In this document: one piece after another, positions 47,226-60,620 of the stretch
Layout: every line of letters begins with the position of its first letter
How positions within the stretch are numbered: position 1 is the first letter of the stretch
Source of the DNA: Squalus acanthias
Lineage: Eukaryota
DNA length: 64,000 nucleotides
Reading direction: 5' to 3'
NCBI GenBank assembly: GCA_030390025.1
Contig: CM059433.1
Span: forward strand, 18,540,001-18,604,000
Notes under the pieces: generated by a model
Databases searched by the model: none
Seen by the model: the letters and a program-made list of their open reading frames with translations, nothing else
Told to the model about the DNA's origin: nothing
Position numbers and translations under genes: made by a program

Positions 47226-47944
47226 TTTTTTGAAGGAATTCTGGGCAATGGCTTGACATTGATAAAAGTCGATCAGTACATTACATTGAATTACGTGAGA
47301 GTTTTTCTCCTCTCTGCTCCTGAAGGCCATGGTTCTTGGTAGTTTATATTTCCATGAGTGCCTTGACTGACCATTCTTCATGTACGAACCTCGGAGCGAA
47401 GTATCAGTAGGCTATTTGACTGTGAAGGGCATCACAGCAGAGCCTAATCCTGCTCTCACCTGATCCCACCGGCAGCGCTCACTGGATAGCGATCAGGAAC
47501 CCTGGGGGAGAAATTGCTGTGCTGCTCCTGGCTTCACTGCGGGCCACTGCTGGTCCGTACTCTCACCCTCCTGCTCACCTCCCTTTCCAGGGCGTCCGAG
47601 CCGACCAAATATTCCAGGGCCCCGACTGGCGAGCTGCATCGGCGTTGCCCGATCGGCGTCTGCAGCTGCATTATGTAGATGAGGCCCAATTTCCAGTGAC
47701 CCTCGGGCCTTCACCTTCGAGCGTGGGTTGCAGGCGCACAAACCCACGGTTTTCTGCCCGGACCAATTTCCCCATTCTCTGATTATTCCCTCCTTTAGTC
47801 CAGGGATGCAGGAAACCATTGTAGCACACCACAAGCCTTCCTGACTGAGGTATACTAACTCAGCATAGACCCAAGGATCAAACCTGGTCTATGTGGTTCA
47901 GTAATATATTATGAGTCCTGATGGAACTTTGAGAGACACAAAGA

Positions 47945-48580
47945 CAAATGGCATGTTGGCCTTTATTGCAAGGGGATTGGAGTACAAGAGTAAGTCTTGT
48001 TACAATTGTACAGGGCTTTGGTGAGACCACATCTGGAGTACTGTGCAGTTTTGGTCTCCTTATCTGAGCAAGGATATACTTGCCTTTAGAGGCAGTGCAA
48101 CGAAGGTTCACTAGAATGATTCCTGGGATGAGAGGATTCTCTTATGAGGAGACATTGAGTAGATGGCTCTCTACTCTCTGGATTTTGAAGAATGAGAGGC
48201 GATCTCATTGAAATATATAAGTTGCTGAGGGGGATTGAGAGGGTAGATGGTGAGAGGTTGTTTCCCCTGGCTGGAGAATCTAGGACTAGGGGCCATAGTC
48301 TCAGGATAAGGGGTCGGCCATTTAAGACTGAGATGAGGAGGAATTTCTTCACTCGGAGGGTTGTGAATCTTTGGAATTTGCTACCCCAAAAGGCTGTGGA
48401 TGCTGAATCGTTGAGTATATTCAAGGCTGAGATAGATAGATTTTTGACTCTAGGGGAATTGAGGGATATGGAGATCGGGCGGAAAAGTGGAGTTGAGGTC
48501 GAAGATCAGCCATGATCTTATTGAATGGTGGAGCAGGCCCGAGGTGCCATATGGCCTACTCCTGCTCCTAATTCTTATGT
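47945..48580 (+). mobile_element. CR1 3' fragment
   Basis: MRGDLIEIYK...RTRGHSLRIRG...NFFTRRVVNLWN followed by the tail cctgctcctaattcttatgt. Confidence 0.9.
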
Positions 48581-49628
48581 TAACCTGTCCTCATAATTTA
48601 ACCTTTTTACACCCGGTATCATTCTGGTGAATCTGCACTGTACCCACTCCAAGGCCAATATATCCTTCCTGAAGGGCCGTGCCCAAAACTGAACGCAGTA
48701 CTCCAGGTGGGGTCTCACCAGAGCTCTGTACAGCTGTAACATAACTTCCACCCCTTTGTATTCCAGCCCCCTTGAGATAAAGGCCAACATTCCATTAGCC
48801 TTTTTAATTATTTTTTGCACTAGTCCACTAGTTTTTAGTGATGTCTGTACACGAACCCCTAAATCTCTGTGCTCGTCCACAGTTCCTAGCTTCTTGCTAT
48901 TTAGAAAATACTCTGATCAACCTTTCTTGGATCCACAGTGGATGACCTCGCACTTCCCCACATTGAACTCCATCTGCCACAGTTTTGCCAACTCGCTTAG
49001 CCTATCAATGTCCCTTTGCAACTTTTTGCTTCCATCTACACTATTTACTGTGCCGCCGAACTTAGTGTTGTCAGTAAACTAGGATATACGGCTCTCTCTT
49101 CCTTCATCCAAGTCATTTATAAATATAGTGAAAAGCTGAGACCCCAGTACAGAGCTCTGGGGGACACCACTGGTCACATCCTGCCAATTGGAGTACATAC
49201 CAATTATCCCTACTCTTTGTCTCCTACCTCCCAACCGATTCTCTACCCATGTCAAAAGTCTACCTCGAATTCCATGTGCTTCCATCTTTCCCAACAATCT
49301 CCTGTGTGGAACCTTATAGAATGCCTTCTGCAAGTTGATATAAATAAAATCCACTGACACTCCCTTATCTATCATGTTGGTGACCTCATCAAACAGTTCA
49401 ACTAGGTTAGTTAGACATGCCTATCCTTTACAGATCCATGTTGGCTCTCTCTGATCAGTTTATATTTGTCCAAATGTTCAGTCACTCTCTCCCCAATAAC
49501 AGACTCTAGCAACTTCATCACAACAGACGTTAGACTAATAGGCCTATAATTTCCTGGTTTATCGCTCCCACCCTTCTCAAGTAATGGAATGACATTGGTA
49601 ATTTTCCAATCCAAGGGGACAATTCCCA
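48581..49628 (-). mobile_element. Degraded CR1 RT fragment (same subfamily as 17040-18265)
   Basis: [38 protein letters not shown] and LVRPHLEYCVQFW. Confidence 0.9.
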
Positions 49629-49976
49629 GGGACTCCTGGCAAATATTGACATACTCGTGGAGAAACCCTGCAAATGTAGATGCACTTCATGTTACAAAGA
49701 CAGTTTTAACTACCCAAAGGAAAGCCATGCTATCATTTGGAGAAAGTGTTTTAATCAGTATACAGTAACAGAGATAATACACTCTCAAGTCAACAAATAC
49801 AGAAACCTGATGTCTGATGGATAGAAATACCACGACCTTACTGACCCCCTGAGATCTCCTTGCAAGATCCCAGTTTGAAAACTGGTAGTTTAGGGCAGCA
49901 TAAAGATGAAGTGATTACACTGATTTATGTCGGAGAATCTTAATGATGGAATATCCTGAACTGGCAAAAAGACGTT

Positions 49977-51049
49977 GGCCCTGATATTAATGGGGAGGGT
50001 GCGGGAGAGCGCGGTTGCGCGGGGAAAAAGCCGGGGACGTGAATGCCGATCTTAATGGCAGGGCCTCATTAAAATCAAAGTACGTGGACTCCTGCCTGAC
50101 AACTGGCCAAATTGACAGCCTGGCCAGCGAGCGGGAATGGGAAGCTGCAGCAAGAGGCTGCAGCCGGGGAATGGATCCCGGCAGATAGTGGAGGCTCTGG
50201 CCACGATCGGGGGGGAGCGGGGATGGTCTGCCCACGATCGCTGGGGTGTGGGGGTTGTTTGGGGGTGGGGGAAGAGACTTTCTGGCTGTGATCAGGAAGA
50301 AGGGGTGCAGCCCGGTTCAGGGGAGGCCTAAGGTCTGTGAAGTCTGGAGGAGCCCTTCTGGCCCACAAGGAAACCTGAAAAATAAATTTGAAATTTACTG
50401 TCTGGGCCTTTTCTGGCCCAGGATCCAGCTCCTGACAGGTTTTGCCTGACGGTGGAGCTGACACTGCCCCTAGCCACTATGCCACGGTGGCATAGTGGTT
50501 AGCACTGTTGCCTCACAGCGCCAGGGACCCGGGTTCAAATCCGGCCTCGGGTGACTGTCTGTGTGGAGTTTGCACATTCTCCCCGTGTCTGCGTGGGTTT
50601 CCTCCGGGTGCTCCGGTTTCCTCCCACAGTCCAAAGATGTGCGGGTTAGGTTGATTTGGCTATGATAAATTGACCCTTAGTGTTAGGGGGGATTAAATAC
50701 GTGGGGTTACGGGGATAGGGTGGGATATGTATCGGTGCAGGCTCGATGGGCCGAAATGGCCTCTATCTGCAGTGTGGGGATTCTGTGATCACCGCCCACA
50801 CTGCTCTTTCCCCCAGCCCCCCGCTCAGGCCTCTGGTTAAAATTGCAGATTGGGTCCTGATGACAATCTGCATATTTAATGTAGGACCCCACTTCTTCCC
50901 TGGCGTGCTCGGCTGCTCAAAAGAGCAGGTTAACATCGGGACCTGGCGAGAAGGGCTCAGGCTCGGTGGGGGTAAGTGAATCCCGTTATTTTAACTGCCC
51001 CACTCCCCCGGCCTGGTTTCCACCAGGTGAGGTAGTTAAAATCGGGCCC
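49977..51049. mobile_element. GC-rich MITE-like element containing an HE1-like SINE
   Basis: TIR ggccctgatattaa / ttaaaatcgggccc (11/14 match). Confidence 0.6.
50481..50789 (+). mobile_element. HE1-like V-SINE
   Basis: Near-identical to 6392-6694. Confidence 0.85.
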
Positions 51050-51174
51050 TCTTTTTTTTTTCTTGCACTCCTGTGCTCTTTCCCCCTGAATCTCTTAATA
51101 GAATCATTACTTAATATGATGAGAATGTCAAACTTGGTGTGATGCTAGTAAGGCGATCTTGTTTTTGATTTCAG

Positions 51175-51263
51175 ATGTACCACTAATGACACCGCTCAGT
51201 ATTCTGCCTTGGCGTTTAACATTCACGGGGAGGCATCGAGTAATGCCGCTCTCATTGTCAAAC
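51175..51263 (+). CDS. MYOM2: Myomesin-2 exon 7 (end of Ig My2)
   Basis: tttcag|A...C|gtgagt, 89 nt. (R)CTTNDTAQYSALAFNIHGEASSNAALIVK contains the Ig D-x-A-x-Y motif. Confidence 0.93.
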
Positions 51264-51372
51264 GTGAGTTTCAGAATAAACGTAGTTTGATCATTTCTCA
51301 ATTCATGGGATACATATTGTACAGGAGGGGGCATGATTTAACTGAACGATCATTTAAATTATCATCTTTTAG

Positions 51373-51423
51373 GGTTCCGAGGGGATGAAGAGCCTTACCA
51401 CTCCGTATTGCTCCCTGTGAACC
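51373..51423 (+). CDS. MYOM2: Myomesin-2 exon 8 (linker)
   Basis: cttttag|GG...C|gtaagt, 51 nt. (R)FRGDEEPYHSVLLPVN matches the MYOM2 motif RFRGDEEP. Confidence 0.93.
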
Positions 51424-51831
51424 GTAAGTGAATACCAGCAAACACAGTCCATTATGTTTATTGTGATTTAATATCGTCATCTGTTGTTCCAATATTCACT
51501 CTCTTTGGCAACCTTGTAGCATGAAATCTTAACCACTGTATTTGTTCTGCGCAGCTTGAATTTTATTTTCTCTTTCCTACGTTTCTTCTTTCGTCTCCTG
51601 AAGATGCTGACCCTTGCGAGGATATGATTCCATCGTCGGAGCTAGTTGCCCTCCAATTCTTGTCCAACTACTCCTACTCCTCCTTCACGCGTGAGCCTAG
51701 ATAGTGGAAAGCCATTATATTTCAAAATATAGCCCGTGTTCTCATTGATAATATAAAGATCCAGAGCAATAAAGCAACATGTGAGTTTGATCCTGTTCTC
51801 GCCCAACATCCTGGTGGTGTTGATAAAAATC

Positions 51832-52240
51832 AACAACAACAACTTGTATTTATATAGCGCCTTTAACGTAGTAAAATGTCCAAAGGCGCTTCACAGGAGC
51901 GTTTCAAACAAAATCTGACACTGAGCCACACAGAGATATTGGGACAGGCGACCAAAAGCTTGGTCAGAGGTAGGTTTTAAGAAGCGTCCTAAAGGAGGAG
52001 AGAGAGGCGGAGAGGTTTAGGGAGGGAATTCCAGAGCTTAGGGCCTCGGCAGCTGAAGGCACAGCCGCCAATGGTGGAGCGATTAAAATCGGGGATGCTC
52101 AAGAGGCCAGAATTGGAGGAGCGCAGATATTTCAGAGGGCTGTAGGGCTGGAGCAGATTACAGAGATAGGAAAGGGCGAGACCATGGAGGGATTTGAAAA
52201 CAAGGATGACAATGTTAAAATTGAGGCGTTGCTTAATCAG
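51832..52240 (-). mobile_element. L2-clade LINE 3' fragment
   Basis: VFKSLHGLA...GPKLWNSLPKPLRL with a (caa)n tail. Confidence 0.85.
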
Positions 52241-54479
52241 GCGCAAGAGCCCTGTCCTAGAAACACTGAAGCTGACTGTACAATCCCTATCACTGCCCCA
52301 ACTGAGGTGAGCCAATTTGGTATAAATAGGGATAGAACCCGGACCTTTCTGATCTACTGGCTCAGATTCATATGGCCAGTGTGTTTAGTCACTAATCTGT
52401 CAAAGCACGGCCTTTATCTGTGATTCTGAGCACATTAAATTTACGATGATTTCCTTTGGCTCCAGTTACTTGTTTGTGAGAACTGTTTGGACTTACTATT
52501 ACCGCTTGTCATTCGCTGTGAATGTCACTGGACTGGAACCATGGATGAAGCACTTGAAGCATAGAAAGGAAAAAAAAAAAATCCAACCTCGATCTGAAGG
52601 GCGGAAACAATTTAAGGACTAGTGAAAACCAAAGATGCACAGGAAATATGTCAGCGTCTGAAAAAAGAAGAGAGGCCCACACATTGGGTAAAGGCCCTGC
52701 ACCAGAGCTGGGGAAAGGAAGACAAGAGCACCTTTTATAGGATGGAGCAAAACAAAGAGGGGAAGGGTGAACAATAAATAAAGAGGCTCCTCTCTCCTCT
52801 TTGTTTTAGTCTGTTCTACAACTTCAACAACACCAAGTTATCCCGGCGAGTGCTTCAGGCAGGGCCGACCTTTACCCTTACCAGAGATCAAAGGTCGCTG
52901 ACATAAGTCAATGAATGATGGATTTTTGTTCTACTGCCCCTCACGTCACTTTGTGAAACCATAGGAAATAGCAAAAAAAATTAATTCCGTATAACATTGT
53001 AACCGATAATGTTAGGAGTCTGGACCGAGGGTACGAGAATTACCATTAAATATGTTGCTCGCATTTAGTCATTTAAAGCTTGAGTTTCACCATTCGTGCC
53101 TCCTCCGAAGAAGCAATCAGAAAGAATTATGATTGATTAATTTTCTTCAGTTTATTTCTGTTACTTAGTTTAAGAAATAAATGTTCAAACTCTCAACAAT
53201 CATGGACGAAACTGGCTTAGAGGTACTGAGCACTGCTGGTTTGAAAGAGATAAGTTAACTTCGATAGAAATAGTCAGAAGCCTAGGCTGCTTTTAGAAAT
53301 GGTGTAGTTTTAAACATGCATGTTAATTCAGCTCTCTCACACCTGGAGGCTGACGGACCTTTAGTTTTGCAGTTTGGGTCCCGGGGAGAGGGATGTCGCA
53401 ATAACTTCCCTGCGTCACCATCTTCTTCTAATATTTAAATCTTCCGGTGGTTTCCTACAGACATATTGAGGGTTAATTGGGAACACAAGGACTGCTTTTT
53501 TCTGCTTATGTGCAGAGTCTCCCGTCCACACATGCACTGAATGTCCTGTTTTCCCATGCTCACACCCCCACACCCTAGAAATTCATAGTTGAAATGTTGA
53601 CCTCCTGGGAATTAACCACCTTTAATTGTGGTTAGATTGAGTGAAAATGCTGCAAGAGGGAGAAATAAATCAATGGGGTTTCTTAATGAAATGATGCAAA
53701 GAACCAATCCGCCCCATTCATGTATGTCGGAGGGCCTGAGAGTTGACAGTACCCTGTGCTTCTGTGCTTCTCCATACTTGCGCCCACACAGAAAGCAGAC
53801 TCATGGAATGGCTCAGTGTGTCTAGTGCCCCAGAGGAGGAGACAATTGTTCATATTGCAGATGGCAAGATCCACAAAAAAGTGAGTCTGCATGGCCATGG
53901 GCTGTACATTACTCTTTAGGAATAGCGCCAATGGTGCAAGAACTGCATGTCTGCAGTCCTAGGCATTAGATAAAGGTTAAAGGTACCTTGATTAGTGAGG
54001 CGTCTGAGCCAGTTCCTGTGGTGCTGCCGTCAGCACTTTCCTTAAAGAAAAATATTCAGCACATCTACAGAAGTAGAAAACAAACTTCTATTAAGACTGC
54101 ATGAGTAGAGATTGCTGTTAATGATTATATAATTGAAAAGCTTAACACGTTCTTATCAAATTCCTCCCTCTACTATTTTAATGGAGGTGTCAATCTGTTT
54201 AACATAATTGCCCGATAGGTCATTCTTCGTTCACCTCTAACCGCCAACCTCTCTGTCGCCAGACTTTCTTGTCTCACTTTATTTATCAATACTACTGTGG
54301 TCATCACTTGTCTGAACTTTCCTTTACTGTTTTTCTAGTTTCCAAATACACCACCCTACCTGTTCCTGTTCCTCTTCCTCCCTGTGTTAGTATCAGAGTA
54401 CATTCCTCAATCCTCTGCTCCCTGCAGGGAGCTGTGCTCGAACGAGGTTTGAGTCACATATAGGGCTACAACACTGTAG

Positions 54480-54892
54480 TACGAACATATGAAATTGATG
54501 GGCAGGAAAAGACCAGCTGGTGCATCAAACCTGCCCCACACGATGGCTGGAGCATCATGCCTAAACACCGCCCCCCCAACCCCCACCACTCCCCCCGCCC
54601 CGCCACAGCCATGTAATCTCCTGGTAGAGGCAACAAAAAAAAGAGAAAAAACCCAGGCCCAATAAGGGGAAAAAATACTCTGGGGAAATTCCTCTCCGAC
54701 CCTCTCAGGTGATCGAAACCAGTCCAGGATATCACATGGACCAAGTGTTATCAATAAAGACACTTACCTTCTGTATGATACGATCTCTGCCCACATCCCC
54801 AGCTCCCTTTTGAAGGCATGTAGAGAGTCAGCACCCACCACACCAGCTGGCAACATATTCCAGAAGCTCACTACTCTCTGGGAAAAGAAGTA
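54480..54892 (-). mobile_element. CR1-type 3' UTR fragment (family related to 18700-18950 and 19040-19180)
   Basis: Shared blocks aaaaacccaggcc(c)aat and aaatt..tctccgaccc...gatcgaa..(c)aggat. Confidence 0.55.
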
Positions 54893-55368
54893 GTGTTTAT
54901 TCACTGACCCGTGTGGCTCCCCACTAGGAGCACATAATGGGCGAATTTACCTTCAAGAAACAATGCACAAACTCCTACTCTAACTCATTACTTCCCAGGA
55001 CCTCAGAAACTCTGGCTTTCCTTCCTACTACAATTTGTGCCCTTTGAAACCTCAAGTTTGACATTTTCTACTCCCTAGTTCTATCCTATCTTCTCTCCTA
55101 CATTTTCCAACTCTTCACTATGGCCCTTTGGCCCTCAAGAAAAAGGTAATGTCACTCATACAAGAGAAAATGTTGGAGTTGCTGAATTATAAAAATGTAA
55201 CTTGGTTCTGACATAGAAATGTAATTCATAGAGAAAGGCCTTTGAATAAATATAGTTGGATAACACCCTACTAGATAAAGAAATATGATTTTTAATGAAA
55301 ATCTTATTAGATGTGACTAAGAACTGCTTCTATGCACTAACATGTCTTGTGTTTTTTTCCCCCCGCAG

Positions 55369-55533
55369 TTCCCCTCTTGTCACCTGCTGTTTTTACACAT
55401 ATAGATATTCAATATAGTGAGAAATTTGGTGTGAGCTTTGGCACTGAGGGAGAGACAATGATATTGTCCTGCCGGATGATCCTTACACCAAACATCGGCC
55501 GTCTCCAGCCGGATGCTGTGTGGTACAGAGATG
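55369..55533 (+). CDS. MYOM2: Myomesin-2 exon 9 (Ig My3)
   Basis: ccccgcag|TT...G|gtaagt, 165 nt. (L)PLLSPAVFTHIDIQYSEKFGVSFGTEGETMILSCRMILTPNIGRLQPDAVWYRD. Confidence 0.95.
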
Positions 55534-56781
55534 GTAAGTAATTGTGTCCAAGTTTTCTATCCGTTTTCACTTGCAAGATTGCGTGGACTGTATTTGTGGC
55601 AACGCACATCTGTTAAAGTAAGCTGGTGGTACCAAAGAAGAGGCTGGCCTCGTATCTCTGTGGTTGCAGATTCCTGTCCCTGCAGAGCTCTACATTCCAA
55701 GCTTCTTGCTTCTAGGTTTCCTGGCAGGTCAAAGCCAGCCTGTGGACATTTAATGCCTTGTGTCACAGGGCTTTAACTACCTCTTTAGGGTTGGAGTCAG
55801 TTCATTCGTAAATGGGCAACTCTGTCTCCAGTGAAGCAAGTTTTATCAGTGGTTTATAATGACAAAACCTTTTGTTGCTACGCTCCTTGATAAGCAGTAC
55901 CCTTGACACTAAATCACCTTGAGTATTTTTGAGTGTACGTGGGTCGGAGAATCAGGGTTACAATGTTGTAGCCCCACCTCGCTCCTCATCGACCCATTTT
56001 AAAGAGAAAACAGCGTAAAGATTCTATTTGCAGACCTCTTCGATGTGGTCACTACCTTGGAGATGGTCCATTATTTACCAGGTGTGTTTGCTCTAACTTC
56101 GAAGAACGGGATCGAAACACTGGTGGAGACTTGTACAGTAACCCTGTCAGGAACAGATTCACATGGCAGAGAGCTTGTACACTGCTTCAGCCTAACACAA
56201 GTAGTGGGTCTACTTCACGCTGCCCGTGATATCGGCTGACATCTGGTGGCTAGACGCTAAATTGCTGTGTCCTTTTGGTTGCTCGCAGGGAGCTGAAGCT
56301 GCAACTCTGGCTTTCAATTCAAGTGACATGTATTGTTTAACATATTCTTCCTGGACGTGTTTGAAACATGTACTGATTGATCAGACATCCTGATTTTTGT
56401 TTTTGTTTTTGCTTTCTCTGTTCACTCACTGCTTGTAGGAAAATCACAAACCTGAGTTAAAGAATGTGTTTATGATTTTAGCTTCAAATAGCAAATAGTG
56501 GAAATCCTCCTTGGCCCCTAAGCCTTTTTTTACATAGTTGACACTTGGAAGGACTGATTCCCAAATGAAACCTGCCCATAGTTACCGTTGCCAAGGCCAG
56601 CTCTGTACGAGGGGTGATTGCAATACTTTATCTCGTCCATTTTCTTTATGATCAGGTGTTTCCGTTGCAGTGTTACTTATTATTAGTGCGTGGAAAGGGG
56701 CGTGGAGCTGCATGAGACTAGTGACCTCGCTGTCGATTTTTCCTTCCTTCCCTTCTCTGAGGAAAGAGTCTCCGCTGCTTT

Positions 56782-57660
56782 TAGAAACATAGAAAAATAG
56801 AAAAATAGGAGCAGGAGTAGGCCATTCGGCCCTTCGAGCCTGATCCGCCATTCACTATGATCATGGCTGATCCTCTATCTCAAAACCATATTCCTGCTCT
56901 CTCCCCATACCCCTTGATGACTTTTGTGTCTAGACATCTATCTATCTCCTTCTTAAATATATTCAGTGACTTGGCCTCCACAGCCTTCTGTGGTAGAGAA
57001 TTTCACAGGTTCACCACCCTCTGAGTGAAGAAATTTCTCCTCATCTCAGTCCTAAATGTCCTACCCCGTATCCTGAGACTGTGACCCCTCGTTCTAGACC
57101 CCCCAGCCAGGGGATACATCCTCCCTGCATCCAGTCTGTCTAGCCCTGTCAGAATTTTATACGTTTCAATGAGATCCCCTCTCATTCTTCTAAACTCTAG
57201 TGAATACAGGCCTAGTCGACCCAATCTCTCCTCATATGACAGTCCTGCCATCCCAGGAATCAGTCTGGTGAACCTTCGCTGCACTCCCTCTATGGCAAGT
57301 ATATCCTTTCTTAGGTAAGGAGAGCAAAACTGCACACAGTACTCCAGGTCTCACCAAGGCCCTGTACAACTGTAGTAAGACATCCTTGCTCCTGTACTCA
57401 AATCCTCTTGCAATGAAGGCCAACATACCATTTGCCTTTCTAACTGCTTGCTGTACCTGCATGTTTGCTTTCAGTGACTGGTGTACAAGGACACCCAGGT
57501 CCCTCTGTACATCAACATTTCCCAATCTATCACCATTTAAATAATACTCTGCCTTTCTGTTTTTCCTACTGAAGTGGATAACTTCACATTTATCCACATT
57601 ATACTGCATCTGCCATGTATTTGCCCACTCACTCAACTTGTCTAAATCGCCTTGAAGCCT
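56782..57660 (-). mobile_element. CR1 LINE 3' fragment
   Basis: WQMQYNVDKCEV, QRRFTRLIPGM and RTRGHSLRIRG, with a (ttctatgt) tail. Confidence 0.92.
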
Positions 57661-57900
57661 TGGGCTGCATTACATAACAGCACAGCTGAGATGAGGAGAA
57701 AACTATATTCAATTTTATTTTATTATTTTGTCATATGTGCAAGATTTACAAGCAGCAGCGAAGATGGCGACTCACTGAAATATTTTCTTCCAGCACCATC
57801 CATTATGAAAATATTCGGTTTTCAGGAATGCATGTGCTCAGCCCATTGGCCTCTACCCTTTGCCCTGGGGACTGACCCCATGATTGTCAGGCACACCGGG

Positions 57901-58077
57901 GGGGTTTGAATTTCAACTTGCTGCCCAGGTGTAAAACTGATGTTTGCAGATCAGCTGCCTGTTATAGGAAGTGCCTGATTTTCAGCTCCATGGAAATGAG
58001 GATCGGGCGGTTTCTATAGCGAGTAACCGATCTGCAACGCAGTTTTATACCCGGGCGGCGAGTTGAACATCGACCCC
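57901..58077. mobile_element. Short palindromic MITE (~177 bp hairpin)
   Basis: ttcaacttgctgcccaggtgtaaaactg...tgcagatc pairs with gatctgca...cagttttatacccgggcggcgagttgaa; the ends are GGGG/CCCC. Confidence 0.75.
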
Positions 58078-58379
58078 ACACAAAGCATGCATTCTGAAAT
58101 AGATCTCCTCTGCAAAACGTGGAGTATCTTCAGAACAAACGGGGCTCAGGAGAGCATGGTCAGCATCCTCGGCATTTACCTATACAGTGGGGAAAACTTA
58201 TTTTGGGATTCTTGAGGAGCATTAATGAAATGAACCAGCTTGATTACACAAAACAGCGTTTTAGTTTTGAAATGTATCAATGACATCTTCAATGCTGTAA
58301 CTTAATTATTTAGGCAGTGCTGATTTTGATCGTCAAAGTCTGTTCCACTCCTTATCTATGTAACCTTTTGTTTTTCTAG

Positions 58380-58541
58380 ATGTTGAGATAACGAAGTCCA
58401 AGTGGGCTGTAATGCAGTATAAAGACTGCAATGCTATCCTAACCCTACCTCATCTAAATAAAGATGATGAAGGCCTGTATACATTGCGCTTGATAACAAG
58501 GGGTGGCATTTCACAACACAGTGCATATCTGTTCGTGAGAG
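58380..58541 (+). CDS. MYOM2: Myomesin-2 exon 10 (Ig My3)
   Basis: tttctag|AT...G|gtatgg, 162 nt. (D)VEITKSKWAVMQYKDCNAILTLPHLNKDDEGLYTLRLITRGGISQHSAYLFVR. Confidence 0.95.
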
Positions 58542-60520
58542 GTATGGAATTCAGTCTTTTGCTCAGCCTTCTTTGTAAAGAGTATTTCATCAGTTCCTTA
58601 CAAACCTTATATTATTTTCTCTCCTCCTCACTTTGTAGTCTCTAACTATGTACCATCACTCATTAAAAGAGAGGGCAGATGCCCTGATTGATGTCGATAT
58701 GCGATATATCCTAGGAATTGGCATTGCCCAAATCAGTTCAAAGTTCCCTGATTTTAATGTGCCTGGGTGACAAATTGGATGAGTGAATTATATACTCCAC
58801 TAATTGAATTAAAGCCAGGAACACACTCACTGGATTTACAAAATGTGTACAAACTGCTCTGATGCATTTTAATTTTAATGTCATCATCATTGCAGGTAGC
58901 AGATATTATTCATTCCTTTCCTTTAAGCTTTAAACTCCGCCTTCCCCTCAACGATCTCTTTGAATAGTTAGAGACCACGGGCTGTAATTCGCGGTTGGGT
59001 TGGGATCGTGTCTGCCGGAGTTTGTGGTATCGGTGAGAGAGCACCGAATTAGCATAGTGCAGGTGAGCACAAGTGCCATCAGGGGCCACATCTCTGGCAC
59101 CTGCCCCCCCCCCCCCCCCCCCCATGGAAACTTCGGCTTTGGTTCGCCCATGGGGGAAAAGGAGGTTACCCAGGGTACTCCACCCACTCCAAACCCAGGC
59201 CATGTTCCTCTCAGCCCTTTGAGCAAGAAGGACGATTTGGACAATTTTTTTTAAATGAAAATTATCCTTGCTTTGGGAGTCCAGGCTTCCTGCCTAGCCT
59301 GGGACCCACTGGTGGGGCCCACATCTGCTCTTGTGGAACCCAGTTTCCCTCCACTCACTTGGTGTACTGACTTCCACTGATATGCCAGTGTAAGGAATGA
59401 CCTGAATCTGTCACTCATGAAAGAAAGACTTATGAAAGAATACTGAGTGGCCTGCGGGTGGCGCTGTCCAGGGAGGGTATAAATACTTGGGCACGGGCCC
59501 AGCTTGCGCAGGACATTCTTAACAGGAACTATGGAAGGACACAACTAGACCTCCATGTTGTAAAACAGTTGATTAAAACTTTGTTTAACGCTTAGACCAA
59601 GTGCCTAGTAGTTTTCTTACGTCAAGGAATGTGAATTTTATTATGATATAGATGAAGCCTGCAGTCCTGTGCCTATATGCCAAGGATTAATTCAACGCAC
59701 AGTCAAATGCTTGAAGTTTTATTAAAGATTAAATGTTACATATACTCACGGCCAAGACCTGAGGTTACAAAGGATGTTTTGCCACAGAAGGTGCATACAT
59801 TACAGTCAGGTCACCCACTCCCGATAGCTTCTTTCTTCATTTTCAACCTCACAGTACAGTGGTCTTGCGTTTAAGCTTAAATAAAAGGCCAGTCAGTAAA
59901 GGGTTCCTCCATGACCTGCACTCTTGGTTTTACGTTAGGTATTATTAGCTCAATATATCAAGACTCAAAAAGGCTCCAAAGCATGATTTCAGCACATAAC
60001 ATAAACTATGTTATCTATTTACATGTACAGAAATGAATAAACATTAGATGTATCCATGAGAAGATTAGAACTATCCATGGCTATTTTATATGACATTTAG
60101 AGCTGTACAAATATTGTCTGTTAGCTACATTTGCAGGTTTTAATTCTAAGATTTAACTACAGAACTTAATACAAATGGATCTCAATCTTAATCTCTAACA
60201 CCAGGTCCCAGTCCAGCCTGAAGAGTGGGAACTCCCATCTTAGGGAGTCCTTGCCTATGGCTCCACCCTCTAGCCATCATTTGCCTTGTCAGTGGCAGAT
60301 GGAGATTCTGTCCTTTAAAAGACTACCAGGAAACTCGTGGAAATGGCAACAGATTAGCTTAACTCATGACGAATTTCAAGAACTATCAGAATTTAAAGAT
60401 AATTTGCAGTTCTAACTGCGTGAACTGAAAGGTCACTTTCTGTTATAGTTGGGTTCTGTATCAAAACTAGTTCCTTTAGATTGACACCATAAATTTCCGC
60501 ATGGGTTCTCCAAATCATTT

Positions 60521-60620
60521 GCTGTAACTTTGGCGTAAGATCTGCAGAATCCCTGGAGAAATGGCATGAAATCCCTGTTTATATATTTTCTCCAAGGTTT
60601 CTGCAGATCTTCTGCCAACG
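60521..60620. repeat. Imperfect hairpin (MITE remnant)
   Basis: ttggcgtaagatctgcagaatccctggagaaa pairs with tttctccaaggtttctgcagatcttctgccaa. Confidence 0.7.

Noticed and set aside
52625..52715. Possible further Penelope/hammerhead remnant
   Set aside because: Too degenerate; no CUGANGA/GAAA core is recognisable.
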